This document shows, piece by piece, positions 1-19,700 of a stretch of DNA of 64,000 bases. Below the pieces are notes generated by a model. The model was not told where the DNA came from and did no database searches. It saw only the letters and a program-made list of their open reading frames with translations. Source of the stretch: the human T2T-CHM13v2.0 reference genome, Homo sapiens. The stretch's first letter is position 1. Each line of letters starts with the position of its first letter. Position numbers and translations under genes: made by a program. Where the stretch lies: the NCBI RefSeq assembly GCF_009914755.1, contig NC_060935.1; one strand, 5' to 3'.

Positions 1-423
1 GGGCTGGGGGACAGTGTCGGGCTGGGGGACGGTCAGGTCTTTCCCTTCCCACAAGGCCATATCTCAGGCTATCACATGGGGAGAAACCTTGGACAATACC
101 TGGCTTTCCTAGGCAGAGGTCCCTGCAGCCTTCCGCAGTGTATTGTGTCCCTGGGTACTTGAAATTAGAGAATGGTAATGACTTTTAACAAGCATACTGC
201 CTTCAAGCACTTTTTTAACAAAGCACAGCCTGCATAGCCCTAAATCCATTAAACCTTGAGTCAACACAGCACGTCTCTGCGACACAGGGTTGGGGTAGGG
301 TTACAGATTAACAGCATCTCAAGGCAGAAGAATTTTTCTTAGTACAGAACAAAATAGAGTCTCTTATGTCTACTTCTTTCTACATAGACACAGTAACAGC
401 CTGATCTCTTTCGTTTCCCCACA
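1..423 (-). mobile_element. HERV-K (HML-2) LTR5-family LTR (LTR5B-like), U3 end; element continues left of the window
   Basis: Reverse complement from 423 reads TGTGGGGAAACGAAAGAGATCAGGCTGTTACTGTGTCTATGTAGAAAGAAGTAGACATAAGAGACTC..., the characteristic start of LTR5. It lies in an ASRGL1 intron, antisense to the gene. Confidence 0.93.
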
Positions 424-3584
<3,161 letters not shown>

Positions 3585-3593
3585 TTAGGGTTA

Positions 3594-4047
3594 CAGTAGC
3601 TCCCCTTATCTGCGGTTTCACTTTCTGTGCTTTCAGTTACCCACACTCAACTGCGGTCTGATGTTTTGAGAAAGAGACCACATTCACATAACTTTTACTA
3701 TAGTATATTGTTATAATTGTATTATTTTATTATTGTTAATCTCTTACTGTGCCTAATTTATCAATTAAACTTTATCATAGATATGTACATATCATACATA
3801 TCATAGATATGTACATATCATACATATCATAGATATGTACATATCATACATATCATAGATATGTACATATCATACATATCATAGATATGTACATATCATA
3901 CATATCATAGATATGTACATATATATGTACATATATAGATATGTATAGGGGGAAAGATAGTGTTTATAGAGGTCAGCGCTAGCTGAGGTTTCAGGCATCC
4001 ACTGAGGGTCTTGGAACGTATCCCCTGCAAATAAGGGGGGACTACTG
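3594..4047 (+). mobile_element. MER44A (Tigger-derived MITE)
   Basis: Terminal inverted repeats CAGTAGCTCCCCTTAT ... ATAAGGGGGGACTACTG, a TA on the left, and internal GAGACCACATTCACATAACTTTT typical of MER44. Confidence 0.85.
3773..3945. repeat. 26-bp tandem repeat (ATCATAGATATGTACATATCATACAT), about 5.5-6 copies, inside MER44A
   Basis: TAGATATGTACATAT recurs at 3778, 3804, 3830, 3856, 3882 and 3908. Confidence 0.95.
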
Positions 4048-4293
4048 TTTTACACCTACTGCTGCTGTGAACACTTGAGAATGCGCTTATGGTAAACACC
4101 TGTCCATATTTCTGATGGACAGATACACAGGTGTATAATTGCTGAGTCATGGAATGTGCATATCATCAGTTTCAGTAGATACTGTGAAATGCTTTTCCAA
4201 AGATGTTGGTACAATTGACACTAACAGCAGTACTGAATGAGAGTTCCACTTCCTGCACATCCTTGCCAGGTTTGATGTGCCTCTTCATTTTAG

Positions 4294-4638
<345 letters not shown>

Positions 4639-5357
4639 AAGAATGATTATTTTTAAGATTGAACTCAGGTTGTATCACTTCCTAACTCAAACTGCCCAGC
4701 GTCCTCCCATTTAACTCAGAATAAAAGCCTTTGCAATGGCCTAAAGGTAGGATGATTATATTCTTTAGTGTTTAAACTGAAACTTAATTTTGAGAGTAAA
4801 AGTGGTACTATTAATAATTAAGCCATGACAGCAGGCATACATTTGAACTGGCCTGGGTAACTAGTGTGTATGGTCACCCCACTTGTCAAGAGATATCGTG
4901 ATCTGGACTTGGCTGTCCCTCTGATCATTCTCCTACCACGCTCTCCCTCATTTTATTCTCTCCAGCCACACTGGCCTCCTTCAAATTCCATGCACATGGC
5001 AGGCATGTTTGTGCATCAGGAACGCTCCTCCCCAGCAGCTGGGATGGCATGATTGCCCCTCTGTCCTGCAGAGACTCTCTGTGTAAAACAGCACCTCCCC
5101 ACCATCACTCTTCCCTGGTGCTTCTTTGTTTTTTTGTTTGGGTTTTTTGTTTTTTTGTTTTGTTTTTGTCACCTGACATATTATTGCCCTGTTACTACCA
5201 CCCTCTACCCCAAATGCAGGCTCCATGGGAGAAAGGACTTTGTTTAGCTTTACCACTGTGTCCCAGCACTTAAAACAATGCCTCAAATATAATTCATTAT
5301 AGAACCTTGCTGGTGGGTATGCTGGGGTGTTCGTGTACAATTTGTTCAACTGTGTTA

Positions 5358-5692
5358 CAGTCACGCGTCTCATGACAGGACAAGAAATGCATCCTGAGAA
5401 ATGCATAGTTGGGCAATTTCATGGCCATGCAAACATCATAGGGGTGCACTCACACAAACCCAGATAGGAGAGACTAATACACATCTAGGCTATGTGGTCC
5501 GGCCTGTTGCTGCTACGCTACACACCTGTGCAGCATGTGACTGTCCTGAATCCTCTAGGCAGTTGTCACACAATGGTAAGTACTTGTGTATCTAAACATA
5601 GAAGTACAGTAAAAATAGAGGATTATAATCTCATGGGACCACCATCCTATATGCAGTCTGTTGATCAAAACATCATAGGTGGCACATGACTG
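5358..5692 (-). mobile_element. Tigger3a-like MITE
   Basis: CAGTCACGCG ... GCACATGACTG termini flanked by TA; internal ATTATAATCTCATGGGACCACC. Confidence 0.75.
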
Positions 5693-5807
5693 TATTCGAG
5701 AATTCATAATAAAATGTTAGGGGAAAATTAACGGATTTGATCTTTACGACAACCCCATGCACAGGGTCCATAGGCAGGCAGCATCAGCGACACCCGGGAG
5801 GTTGTCA

Positions 5808-6126
<319 letters not shown>

Positions 6127-6568
6127 GCAGGATTTTGGGTCCCAGCCTGTATCTACCAAGTCACTTTTTCCTTTCCTTTCTCCTCTTGGTGGCAGCTTCA
6201 GAGTCTCTGTGGGCCCAAGCACCCCAGGAATTCTTATACACACTAAAGTTTGAGAAGCACTCTTACTTTTATCCCCATTTTATGATGGGGACAAAGAGAC
6301 ACAAAATAAAACTTAGCATCACAGCTAGAAAACGGTGGTGTTGGGATTGGATGTACTCTTAAAGCTGAGGTGTGGAGGAGTGTCCAGCAATCCACCTGTA
6401 ACTTACACGTAGAATGAGAAGCAGCAGGTTCTTTCTAGAATGTTGGAATTAAATGGGTGCCCCATCAACATATAACATGAAACTTTAAGTGGTTTTAAGG
6501 TACATTGTTGGTTATGGTGTTCATTCTCATTTTCAGCCTGTCACTTTTTTTCTGTTTATTTTTGGCAG

Positions 6569-6687
6569 AAACTTGGGAACCGTGGGTGCTGTTGCCTTGG
6601 ACTGCAAAGGGAATGTAGCCTACGCAACCTCCACAGGCGGTATCGTTAATAAAATGGTCGGCCGCGTTGGGGACTCACCGTGTCTAG
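6569..6687 (+). CDS. ASRGL1: ASRGL1 (isoaspartyl peptidase/L-asparaginase) internal coding exon containing the catalytic nucleophile Thr168
   Basis: TTTGGCAG|A...CTAG|GTAGG, 119 nt; encodes [39 protein letters not shown] (Ntn-hydrolase G|TVG, TSTGG and GRVGDSP motifs). Thr codon ACC at 6579-6581. Confidence 0.98.
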
Positions 6688-8957
6688 GTAGGACCAAGGG
6701 ATGCCTCCTGCCCCTTCCCCTCTTCTCCCGCCCTCAGGCTTTCCTCACTCTCTATTCCCTGCCCCTCTCCGTTTCTTGCTGCGTTCCCTTTCTGCTTTTG
6801 GTGCAGCTCCAGGATGTCTGGGAGTGACAATGGGGTTGGAAGGGGTTGTTCGGGGTGCTGCCTTGAGAGGGTGTTTGTATCTGGCGCCACTGTTTTTACT
6901 AGATTGCATGCCTTTTTGGAACAACTTGGGGAGAGAAGTGGAGACAGGGATGCTAACGTTGCCCCCAGTCTACCCTGTCGTGATTCTGTCTTCTCTTTAG
7001 CCACAGTTTCAGGATCTGCAGACTTACTTGAGTAAGACTTACTCCCGAGACATGGGCTCTGATTAGCAATCTGAGAAATCTGAGACTGCAGTTGTTAGAT
7101 CTGAGCAGCATGAAAGTGACATACTTCTACAGACACATTATAGATTGAGATGTTGTTTACATTAACGGGGAAGCACGCCATCTCATTCCCAGGAGTGGGT
7201 GAGAGGCAGGGCTGGGGGGCTGTATGTTTCACTCCGTGCAGCCTTTCACACTTGTCATGCAGGAATCCTCATGAACCCCCACAGGTGACTGAAGTTTTGA
7301 GAAGCAGCTAAATTGTTCCATCTGCCCTAAAGAGCAGCTTATTCTTTTAGAGGAAAACTAGCCCTACCTTCCCTTTTTAATATGTTGCTCTAGTCTTTAG
7401 TAATAATCTACACTCTCGACAATTCTTGATACCCTCTTTCTGTCATGAACTCAGAGACACTGGAAGCTTCCTTAAAAAGAGTAGAGGCTTGGTAACTCCT
7501 CTTCTCCTTGGTATATCACCCAAGAGATGTGAAGTAGTCTACCTTTCTTTCTCCTTGGCAAAAATCCCACCAAACTGTGCCTGGTCAGTAGTGCAGCTTG
7601 CTTCAGCTGCGTTCAGACCAGGCCACAGGGCCACTCCAGGTTAGATCCTAGAAATTAATTTTAAGCTTGAGTTACAGTGGTAAATCTTGACAAGAAAAGG
7701 CATAAGCTAAATTCTCAGAACTCTCTGTCCAGCTGTGAGCACCAGGTGTGCTCTGCCTGGCCTTCTGAGGAGCCTCCCCAAGGAGCACTGCCACTGGCCA
7801 GGCCCCTGCCTGGACAGTCATGGGGGACGGTACTAGGCTCAGCAGTGGTCACCTCAGGCAATGCACTTGTCCTGAGAAGTGCATGTGGCGGGGAGGACAG
7901 CTTCACACGCCCGATGCCTGTGCCAGGACCACCCTTGGAGACACCTGGCCTTCTGTGGTCCTAGAGTAACTGAAAAGTAAGCAAAGACTTGGCTGCTTCC
8001 AAATATTAGGGCACTTTGACACCATGGAACCTGGTCAGTTAATTCCCCAGCAGAAGCTTATAAGAAAAAGTAAAGGCGCCTCCTCCCACTGCAGCAGTTC
8101 ATTGGCTGTCCAGTGTCAGCTCCCTCCAGAACCAGAGCCAGGGATTATCTGCCTTTGAGAACCTCTGGGGCCTTGTGACAATCCAATGCAGCATCTCAAC
8201 TCCTGAGTCCTTGCCCCATGTCCAGCATCAATAAGTAAGGCAAATGTCAATCTTCTGTGCTTCTGTATCAACTGTGGGAGGGTAAAGGCGAATCCTTCCA
8301 AGGCTAAAGGACTCTGAGGCTGGTAGCTGTGTGTGAACAGATACAAGAATGACTCAGAGAAGGCTGTAAGGTTGCTTAATCCAAGCCCAAAATAAGGAAG
8401 AAATCTTATCAAAGTAGCTTTCACTCCAGACCCCCACTTAAGTGGATAGCCCAGAATAGTTCCCTCAGGTCCAATTATGCCCACCCTCAACAAATATAAC
8501 TGCCCTCCATTAGACAGTGTGCATGGATGTTAGGTTGTGGGTATCATTTTCCCCAAATCACTGGAACATGATGGCCTTGCTAGAGATCCATATAATGCAG
8601 TCATGCTGTTTCTTCCTCCATAGTGTGTGGGGCATGAGGAGGAGACAGGGAGAGGGTGGCTTCATTGAGCAAAAAGGAATGGCTGTGCTTTGGGGCCAAG
8701 GAGATGCTGTCCTGCTGTAGCTGCTCTGTGAAAGGTCAGGCCTGCCCCTCTGAGGCTCCCTTTATCCTCCTAAATTCTGGGGCATCTACATGACGCTTTC
8801 TAGTCCACCTTTGCCTCCGCAGATCATGGCTACTAACCTGACCTTTGTCTGTACTTGAGCACCCTTCGCGATTTAACTTTCATGTAGTGTCCGACTTCTA
8901 ATATGGATTTGAATTTCTTGACTGTTACTGCTCAGAACAATCACCCTTTTTGAGCAG

Positions 8958-9068
8958 GAGCTGGAGGTTATGCCGACAATGACATCGGAGCCGTCTCAAC
9001 CACAGGGCATGGGGAAAGCATCCTGAAGGTGAACCTGGCTAGACTCACCCTGTTCCACATAGAACAAG
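8958..9068 (+). CDS. ASRGL1: ASRGL1 penultimate coding exon
   Basis: GAGCAG|GA...CAAG|GTACAC, 111 nt; encodes GAGGYADNDIGAVSTTGHGESILKVNLARLTLFHIEQ, in phase with both neighbours. Not shown in the ORF track. Confidence 0.97.
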
Positions 9069-9514
9069 GTACACAGACCACAGGACAAGTAAAATAATTT
9101 GTGAAGATAAGTGCATAGAAGGTATTTGATAAGTAAGCGCATGGAGAAGTGTAGGAAACCCTTTCCTGTTGGCTACAGATGTTGCTTTCAGGCCGTTAAC
9201 ACCTTGTTTTGACTCTCCGCCTTCCCTTAGGTCTGGAATGGGAGAGCATTGAGTACTGTTATCTTCCACATCTCAGGAGAAGGGGGCAGTAGAGAGACAT
9301 TGAGCCTGGATGTGGGAGGGAAGACCCCTCTGCTCAGGCTGATGCTAGGGCGCTGTCTCAGGGCAAGGAGGTGAGGACCCTCCTTTTAAGCATTCAGGCG
9401 TTCATTTACCAAAAATCCTTGCTAGCTCACTTTGGCATTTCAAATGGCAAGTGATTTTCCCATGAGATTCCTTTCAGTAATGTGTGTTGTTTCTCAACCC
9501 TTCCTTGTTTTCAG

Positions 9515-9720
9515 GAAAGACGGTAGAAGAGGCTGCGGACCTATCGTTGGGTTATATGAAGTCAAGGGTTAAAGGTTTAGGTGGCCTCATCGTGGTTAGC
9601 AAAACAGGAGACTGGGTGGCAAAGTGGACCTCCACCTCCATGCCCTGGGCAGCCGCCAAGGACGGCAAGCTGCACTTCGGAATTGATCCTGACGATACTA
9701 CTATCACCGACCTTCCCTAA
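9515..9720 (+). CDS. ASRGL1: ASRGL1 last coding exon
   Basis: TTTTCAG|GA AAG; encodes KTVEEAADLSLGYMKSRVKGLGGLIVVSKTGDWVAKWTSTSMPWAAAKDGKLHFGIDPDDTTITDLP-stop (TAA 9718-9720). Confidence 0.98.
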
Positions 9721-10845
9721 GCCGCTGGAAGATTGTATTCCAGATGCTAGCTTAGAGGTCAAGTACAGTCTCCTCATGAGACATAGCCTAATCAATTAGA
9801 TCTAGAATTGGAAAAATTGTCCCGTCTGTCACTTGTTTTGTTGCCTTAATAAGCATCTGAATGTTTGGTTGTGGGGCGGGTTCTGAAGCGATGAGAGAAA
9901 TGCCCGTATTAGGAGGATTACTTGAGCCCTGGAGGTCAAAGCTGAGGTGAGCCATGATTACTCCACTGCACTCCAGCCTGGGCAACAGAGCCAGGCCCTG
10001 TATCAAAAAAAAAAGAAAAGGGAAAAAAGAAAGAAAGCAGCAGCATGATCCTGACATGACAGATGTGGGAGACCCACAGCCTGCAGACACTGTGGGCTGG
10101 AAGGTGGGAAGGGAGGGGCCGGTGGAGGTGGAGCTGTTTGAAAGTGACACAGCAGCAGTAGAAGCAGTGGTGGGCGAAGCCCAGGTGACCCTCAGAACGT
10201 TGCACAAGAACATCAGGGAAAAGAACCAGAATCCTTTAAGGAAAATGTTCTTCATGTATGAGAGACTAAAGTGATTTTTCTAAGAAAGTTCAGCCCTTCT
10301 CTGACTTACCTGGACATTTCTAGATACTTCCAAAGGACCCTCTGGGAATCCATAGCTTCCTAATCTGGAGATGGGAGGTCATAAGGGAGACGCTGTGGGG
10401 TTCCTTGAAGTTTCTTGGGTTCACAGAGGAGCCCCCTCACTTGGTGTTCTCCCGTGAGCCAGCCTCCACCTGCCAAAGACACTCTGGTCCTCGTATAGTG
10501 AGTAATGGGGCTCAGGGCCTCTCCAACAACAGAGAGGAGCTGATGCTGTAGGGCTGACCCCGTGACTTCCTGAGTCCTCACCCTGTCCAGTGCTTTGAGA
10601 TTCTTCCCACCTCCCCATCCTCACCAGCCGGATCGGGCGCTGTGCAGTGTGGTCAGCATGGTGAAGAAAGTCATTTCCTCGGTGGGCAGTATTCCTCTTT
10701 ATCTCTCATTACACTGGAAATGTTATTTCTGCTGTATCATCCGTGCTCAACGTTTTAGTCTGTCAGGCTCACCTTCTCTCTGGAAAGAATTTGCTTAACT
10801 TGACATTCCATGTGCCGCTAATAAAATATATTTTGAAAGAATAAG
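9721..10845 (+). other. ASRGL1: ASRGL1 3' UTR containing an Alu right-arm fragment (~9905-10020)
   Basis: Follows the stop codon; the end is estimated from AATAAA at 10820-10825. Confidence 0.75.
10820..10825 (+). terminator. ASRGL1: ASRGL1 polyadenylation signal
   Basis: AATAAA followed by a GT-rich downstream sequence (GGGTGTGGTTGGG). Confidence 0.75.
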
Positions 10846-11156
10846 GGTGTGGTTGGGAGTCACTGTTGACAAAGACCAGAATGTACACGAGCTCCCCCCT
10901 TGGTCTCAGGTGTACTACAGAGACCTCGAGATGAGGATGGTGTGGAGGGTGATATGTGCCACCTTGTGGAGTACTCGTGAGTTTTTCAGAAGAACTGAAC
11001 TTTTTCTGAGTGGGTCAAGGAAGAAGCCAAACCATGATAGGGTTTATGGCGCAGTCTTCCTGCAGTTTGCCAGCATTCACCCCAGACAGAGGTGCACAGT
11101 AAAAACCTCAACATGCAACAACTCCCCCTTTAGAAACAAGTATTTTATTAGGAGGT

Positions 11157-11945
11157 GTATTAGTTGAAGATTGCCACAACACGATTCCACAGACTAAGTG
11201 ACTTAACCAACAGAAATTTATTAATATTTTCTCAGCTCTGGAGGCTAAAAGTCCAAGATCAAGGTGTCGGCCACGTTGGTGTCTCCCGAGGCCTCTCTCC
11301 ATGGCTTGTGTAATAGCTGGCCATCTTCTCACTGTGTCCTCACATGGTCTTTCCTCTGTACGTGCACAGCCCTGCCATCTGTCTCTATATGTCCTAATCC
11401 CCTCTTCTTATGAGGACACCATATTAGATATAATTTATATATTATAATATATAAATTATATAATATATAAGTTACAATATATCTAATATGGTATATTTAT
11501 TATATATTATAATTTATACAATATATAATATATATTATAATTTACATATATATTATATATAATAAAATATATAACATTTATATAATACATATATATTATA
11601 TATCATATAAATATATATACTATTATATATAATATATGATATATAATATTATATATTTTATGTATTATATATAATTTGTTATATATTATATACTATATAT
11701 TATATATCATATATTGTATATATTATATATTATATAAAAATATATGATATATAATTTATAATTTATAATATATATTATATATAATATGTAAATTATAATA
11801 TTAGATTAAGGTCCACCCTAATGACCTCATTTAACCTTAATCACCTCTTCAAAGGCCCTGTCTCCAAATACACTCACATGCTGAGGTACTGGGGGTTAGG
11901 GCTTCAGCATGTGAATTTGGGAGAGGACAGAATTCAGCCCATAAC
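11157..11945 (-). mobile_element. MLT1 (MLT1B-like) MaLR solo LTR split by an AT-rich insert
   Basis: TGTATTAG...TCTGGAGGCTAAAAGTCCAAGATCAAGGTG...ATTCAGCCCATAACA, typical MLT1 motifs on both sides of the AT tract. Confidence 0.8.
11421..11806. repeat. AT-rich (TA)n-like low-complexity tract with palindromes
   Basis: Almost exclusively A/T for ~385 bp; perfect 34-bp palindrome at 11428-11461. Confidence 0.95.
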
Positions 11946-12418
11946 AGGAGGCAAAACAGAATCATGTTGGGGTTTGGAAAGGGGAGACCCTTTGGAGAAG
12001 ACAACAATCGCTAAGGAGATAGAAAAAAGGAAGGAGGGAGCTGGGGGATAGGGAGGCCAGTTGAAAGATCTGGTTTTGAGCTTGTCTTACCAATTCTCCA
12101 GTTCACAAGGAAATTTACTCTAGTTATTAAAGATTACCGTAGGCTCAGCTTGTGGCCACTTGACCTCTTTAGCTGGGCAGCCCAGGTGCTAGGGTACGTA
12201 TGGGGTCGTCAGCCCCTTTGTGCAAAGCCAAAGTGTGTATTTTTGCCCTCAGACCTGAGTTGTACCAAAAGCCACCTCCACCAGCCTGGGAGTTCTGTAA
12301 ATGGAGACCACGTACAGTTCTTGCTTTTGCCCCACAGCTTGTCCATGGCTCACTGTCAAACAGAGAAATGAGCCTGACAGCATCTGAAAGGGGAAGACAA
12401 TCTTTTTATCACTTCTGT

Positions 12419-12435
12419 GCCACAAGAGGGCAGCA
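12419..12435 (+). promoter_or_regulatory. Candidate CTCF site
   Basis: GCCACAAGAGGGCAGCA matches the CTCF core CCACNAGRGGGCAG. Confidence 0.55.
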
Positions 12436-13181
12436 AACTATAAACTATCCATGGCTTCAGCCGCCCAAAGGGAAGGTACTCTATCTGGATCAGAGCAGTC
12501 TATTTAGAAAATTTGGAACCAAAAGAACATTCCTCTTCCTGACCTTCATTTTCGTCCAAATACTACAATTTATTTTAGAGCAGAATTGTCCAAAACACAA
12601 ACGCTAGCAAATGGCCCGAAGAACCCACCCAGATCAACAGTGGAAGCTCGCTCTGCCCTGGGCGCTGCCAGATGCCGGATGCCAGATCCCACGGTGAACA
12701 AGCTCTGGCAGCCCGGCCCCGCCCCCACTTGCTCCTTCCAGCCAGGAAGACAGATACATCGTCATGTGGCTCACCCACCAAAATGGTGGGATAATAAGGA
12801 GCACAAGACGGGCCCTGAGCCAAGGCCAAGTGTCCCCAAGCAGGAGATGCTGCAGTCAGGACTCAGCCCCACTGCTGGGCTGCAGAGAAGAGTCCTGGGT
12901 AAGGAAGGGCCTTGATCTCGTAGCTGTTGCATAATACACATTTTTCTCAAATAATATTCCTAGACTTCTTCCTCTCTAGCTTGAGGGATTGTAAACTCTG
13001 AGACCAAAGGAAGGAGTGGGGCACACGTTAGTCCCCTTCAGTGTCCTGTTGTCAGAGGTGATGGTGTGTGGGGAAGGCTGGGAAGGGACACTCGTTCTTC
13101 CCGCCCCCCACCTGCTCCTCTGAAGTCCTCCCATCAGCCTTCATCTTTGCACAAAACCATCACTGCATTTGGATTTTGTAG

Positions 13182-16777
<3,596 letters not shown>

Positions 16778-19700
16778 TCACTTGGACTCGTGTAGAGAAC
16801 AGGCAGCCAGTTCGTGTGATTGCAGATCTTCTGCTGTTGTTCTGCCGGGTGCCCCACCGGTGTGTCTGCACCAGCTCCTTCAGACAGGAAGCCTCCTTCG
16901 TGCCAGCTCTACAGTGGCCTCCCTGGCAAGGGGCTTCATTTTATTTGAGAGAAAGGGTACCAACACTGCTCCTGTCTCTAACCACCATGGCTACGGCCCT
17001 CCTGCCCCCTCCCCAACTCAGCCAGCCCCTGGCCAGGGTCTGCCTGCAGCGGGCTCAGATGGGGAAGGCATGAGTGTCCTGCTGGTGTGAGCAAGATGTT
17101 CCAGGCACCTCTAGGACCCAGCGGGCAGCACTGCCCTGACCTTCCTGGGGTCAGCTCCCAGGATGGGGTACAGTTGGCCCCTGGAGAGCTACCTGTGAGG
17201 GCTAGGGCACAAGCAGCATCAGGACTAAGCTGCAGGCCATTTGGTGCCACCCTGGCCCTGCCTGGGCTCTGAGACCCCATACCACACACAGCCTGGCTTT
17301 TGAGCCCATCTCAGCATCGAGGCTGCCCGTGGCAGCCACTAGGGTGGCAGCTGGGCCTGTGCTCAAGGATGAAGACCCAAGAATAAGGAAATCCCACCTC
17401 CTTCCCTGAACTCTCCACCCACACCAGTCCATCACAGCCCCTCCCAGAAGCGCTATCCCACCCATCCTCCAGAATGAGGTCACGCAGGGGGCTCCAGGGA
17501 TTCCTCCTGCTGCCTGGATCCAGTCTAAACCCCTTGGCCGACTTTCAAGGCCCCATAGGCCAGCCCCTCCTGGCTGTAGGCCGGGTCCCCCACTGCCCCC
17601 CAGGATATGAGGGGCTCCCCAGGCCTTTGCACACCCAATTCCCTCTCCAGAAATGCCTTTCCTCCCTCAAAGGTCCTCACAGGGGGAACAGTAGTAACCT
17701 CTCTGAGAGGGTTGTTATGAGGATTGATTAACAACTGGAAAGTTCTCAGAAGTGTGCCTGCCCCTTCATAAGCCGTCGGTAAATGTTAGCTATTATTTTA
17801 TTAACCATACCAACCAGAGTGAGCCGTTCCTTTTCTGAGCCCTGGCCCTCCTCATGGTCACCAGCCAGCAGCTTCTGAAATGCACCTCTGTTCCATGGAC
17901 CCAAAGTTGCTTTAACCATTTTGGACACATGGACCAGCAGGGGCGCGGCTATTTCTGTGCAAGGCTTGGGCACTGGGCAGAACCCCAACCCTCCATGCTA
18001 TTAACACAGAGGAGAACCCCAGCTTCATATTTTATGTTTTATGAAACACGTTTGCATCTATTTCTACTTTGTGGAGTAGCCAGGGCAGAAATCATCATTG
18101 CCATTTTCCAATCGGGGCCCCTGACACTCAGTGCTGTGGAGTGCCTTACCCGCGTCACACAGCAGGTAAGTGGCTGAGGCAGGCTTCGAGTTCAACTCTG
18201 CTTGATCCCAGGCCCAGGGCTTCTTCCTCAGCACCAAGCTGGGTCACAACCAGTTAAGTGCGTCTCCCTCCTTCTGAAAAGTAGCTCAGATGCCAGAGGA
18301 ATTAGAGACGGCCGCACAATGAAAACCAGACGCCCTGCCCCTCGTCTCTGGACCAGCTCCCAGGAAAGGGAGGACAGCTGGCTGATATGTGGCCTCTGCG
18401 CCCCGCCCTGCCCATGAGCTCAGCTCTGGCAGAAAGAGCTCCTCACTAGGGAAGGCCTGGTGAGCCCCTCGGCCTGGGAAAGCCTCTCCACAGAGCCAGG
18501 GCCAGACCACAGGGCAGCCGAACTCCAGAGGTCAGAACAAGGAGTGCCCAAGGCCAACCGCATTGCCATTAACCCTCTGTAACTTTCCCAGTCCTGCAAA
18601 CTAGGTGCTGTGCCTGTTTTTCAGATGAGAAAACCGAGGTTTGGAGAAATGCGATTTTCACGCTAGCAAATGAGGATGCCAGGATGTGAGCCCATATCAT
18701 TGCAGCTGCACCTTCAGGCCAGTTCTGGGAAGCTCATAGTTGGGGGCTGGGGGAGTGGCTGTCCCTCTGTAGCTGCCTTGAGAACAGAGACCACCTCTGT
18801 CTTGCTCATAGCCATTCTCCGGCACCATGTGCAATAAATATCTGTGAAATGAAAGAATGAATCCCTAGATGCGTCCTTCACTTGTCCTGAGGAAGGCGGG
18901 ATTACAGGTGCTTCAGCCCTGGCTGCGAAGGTGCCTGGTTGAGGCAAGCCCACCCTGAGGCCTGGGAAACACAGCCAGCCCTGCCCACCACCCCTCCTAA
19001 CCCCACAGCCTACAGGGCAACTCCATCTGCACCAGTGACTTCACAGGGTTGGGGTCCCCTTGCCCTCTCTCCCTCCCCTGCCTTTGAGGACAAGAGCTCA
19101 GCTCCCAATCACTGGTGAAGCTCTTACGGGAGGGTCCCCAGCAGGTCAGGGCCTGCAGGAAGAGAGAGGGCAGGGCTCCATGAGAACAAGAGTTGGGGTG
19201 GAGGGAGCAAATGTGGGGGTGGTGAGAAGCTGAGAACAGAACAGGGGGATACAGGAGTACACACCTGGGGGCCCCCAAGTCACTGGCCCAGTGTACAAGG
19301 TGCTGCTGCCTACAGGAAGGCCCGTGGGGCTGAGGGCAGTGCCAGGCTGTGTGGAGCAAGGGGAGGCCGTGGCAGGGCTCAGGCTTGCGTGGGTGCGTGT
19401 GGGGTGGGATCCAAGTCCATGAGCCCAGGCAGAGGGATCATTCACATTCATTTAACAAACATAACAACAGCCATGGCCACAAAGCAGAAATAACAATGAA
19501 AGCAAACTCCACCCCAATCCTAACCCGCCTGCTGCTGGCCAGGAGAGCTCAGCACGCAGAGCTCAAAAAGACCCTGAATTGAACTGTGGCCCTGGCACCT
19601 GGCTGTGTCCCCCTCCCTCCGACCCCCCAACAAACCCCATTCTCCAGTCCCTGGGGGCACTTCCTCCTCCCATGACCGCTGCCCTCACCTCCCCAGCCCT

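Noticed and set aside
16860-16895. LKELVQT resembling SCGB1A1 LKKLVDT (secretoglobin pseudogene?)
   Set aside because: No secretoglobin Cys pattern, exon size or signal exon; the context fits a WD40 repeat better.
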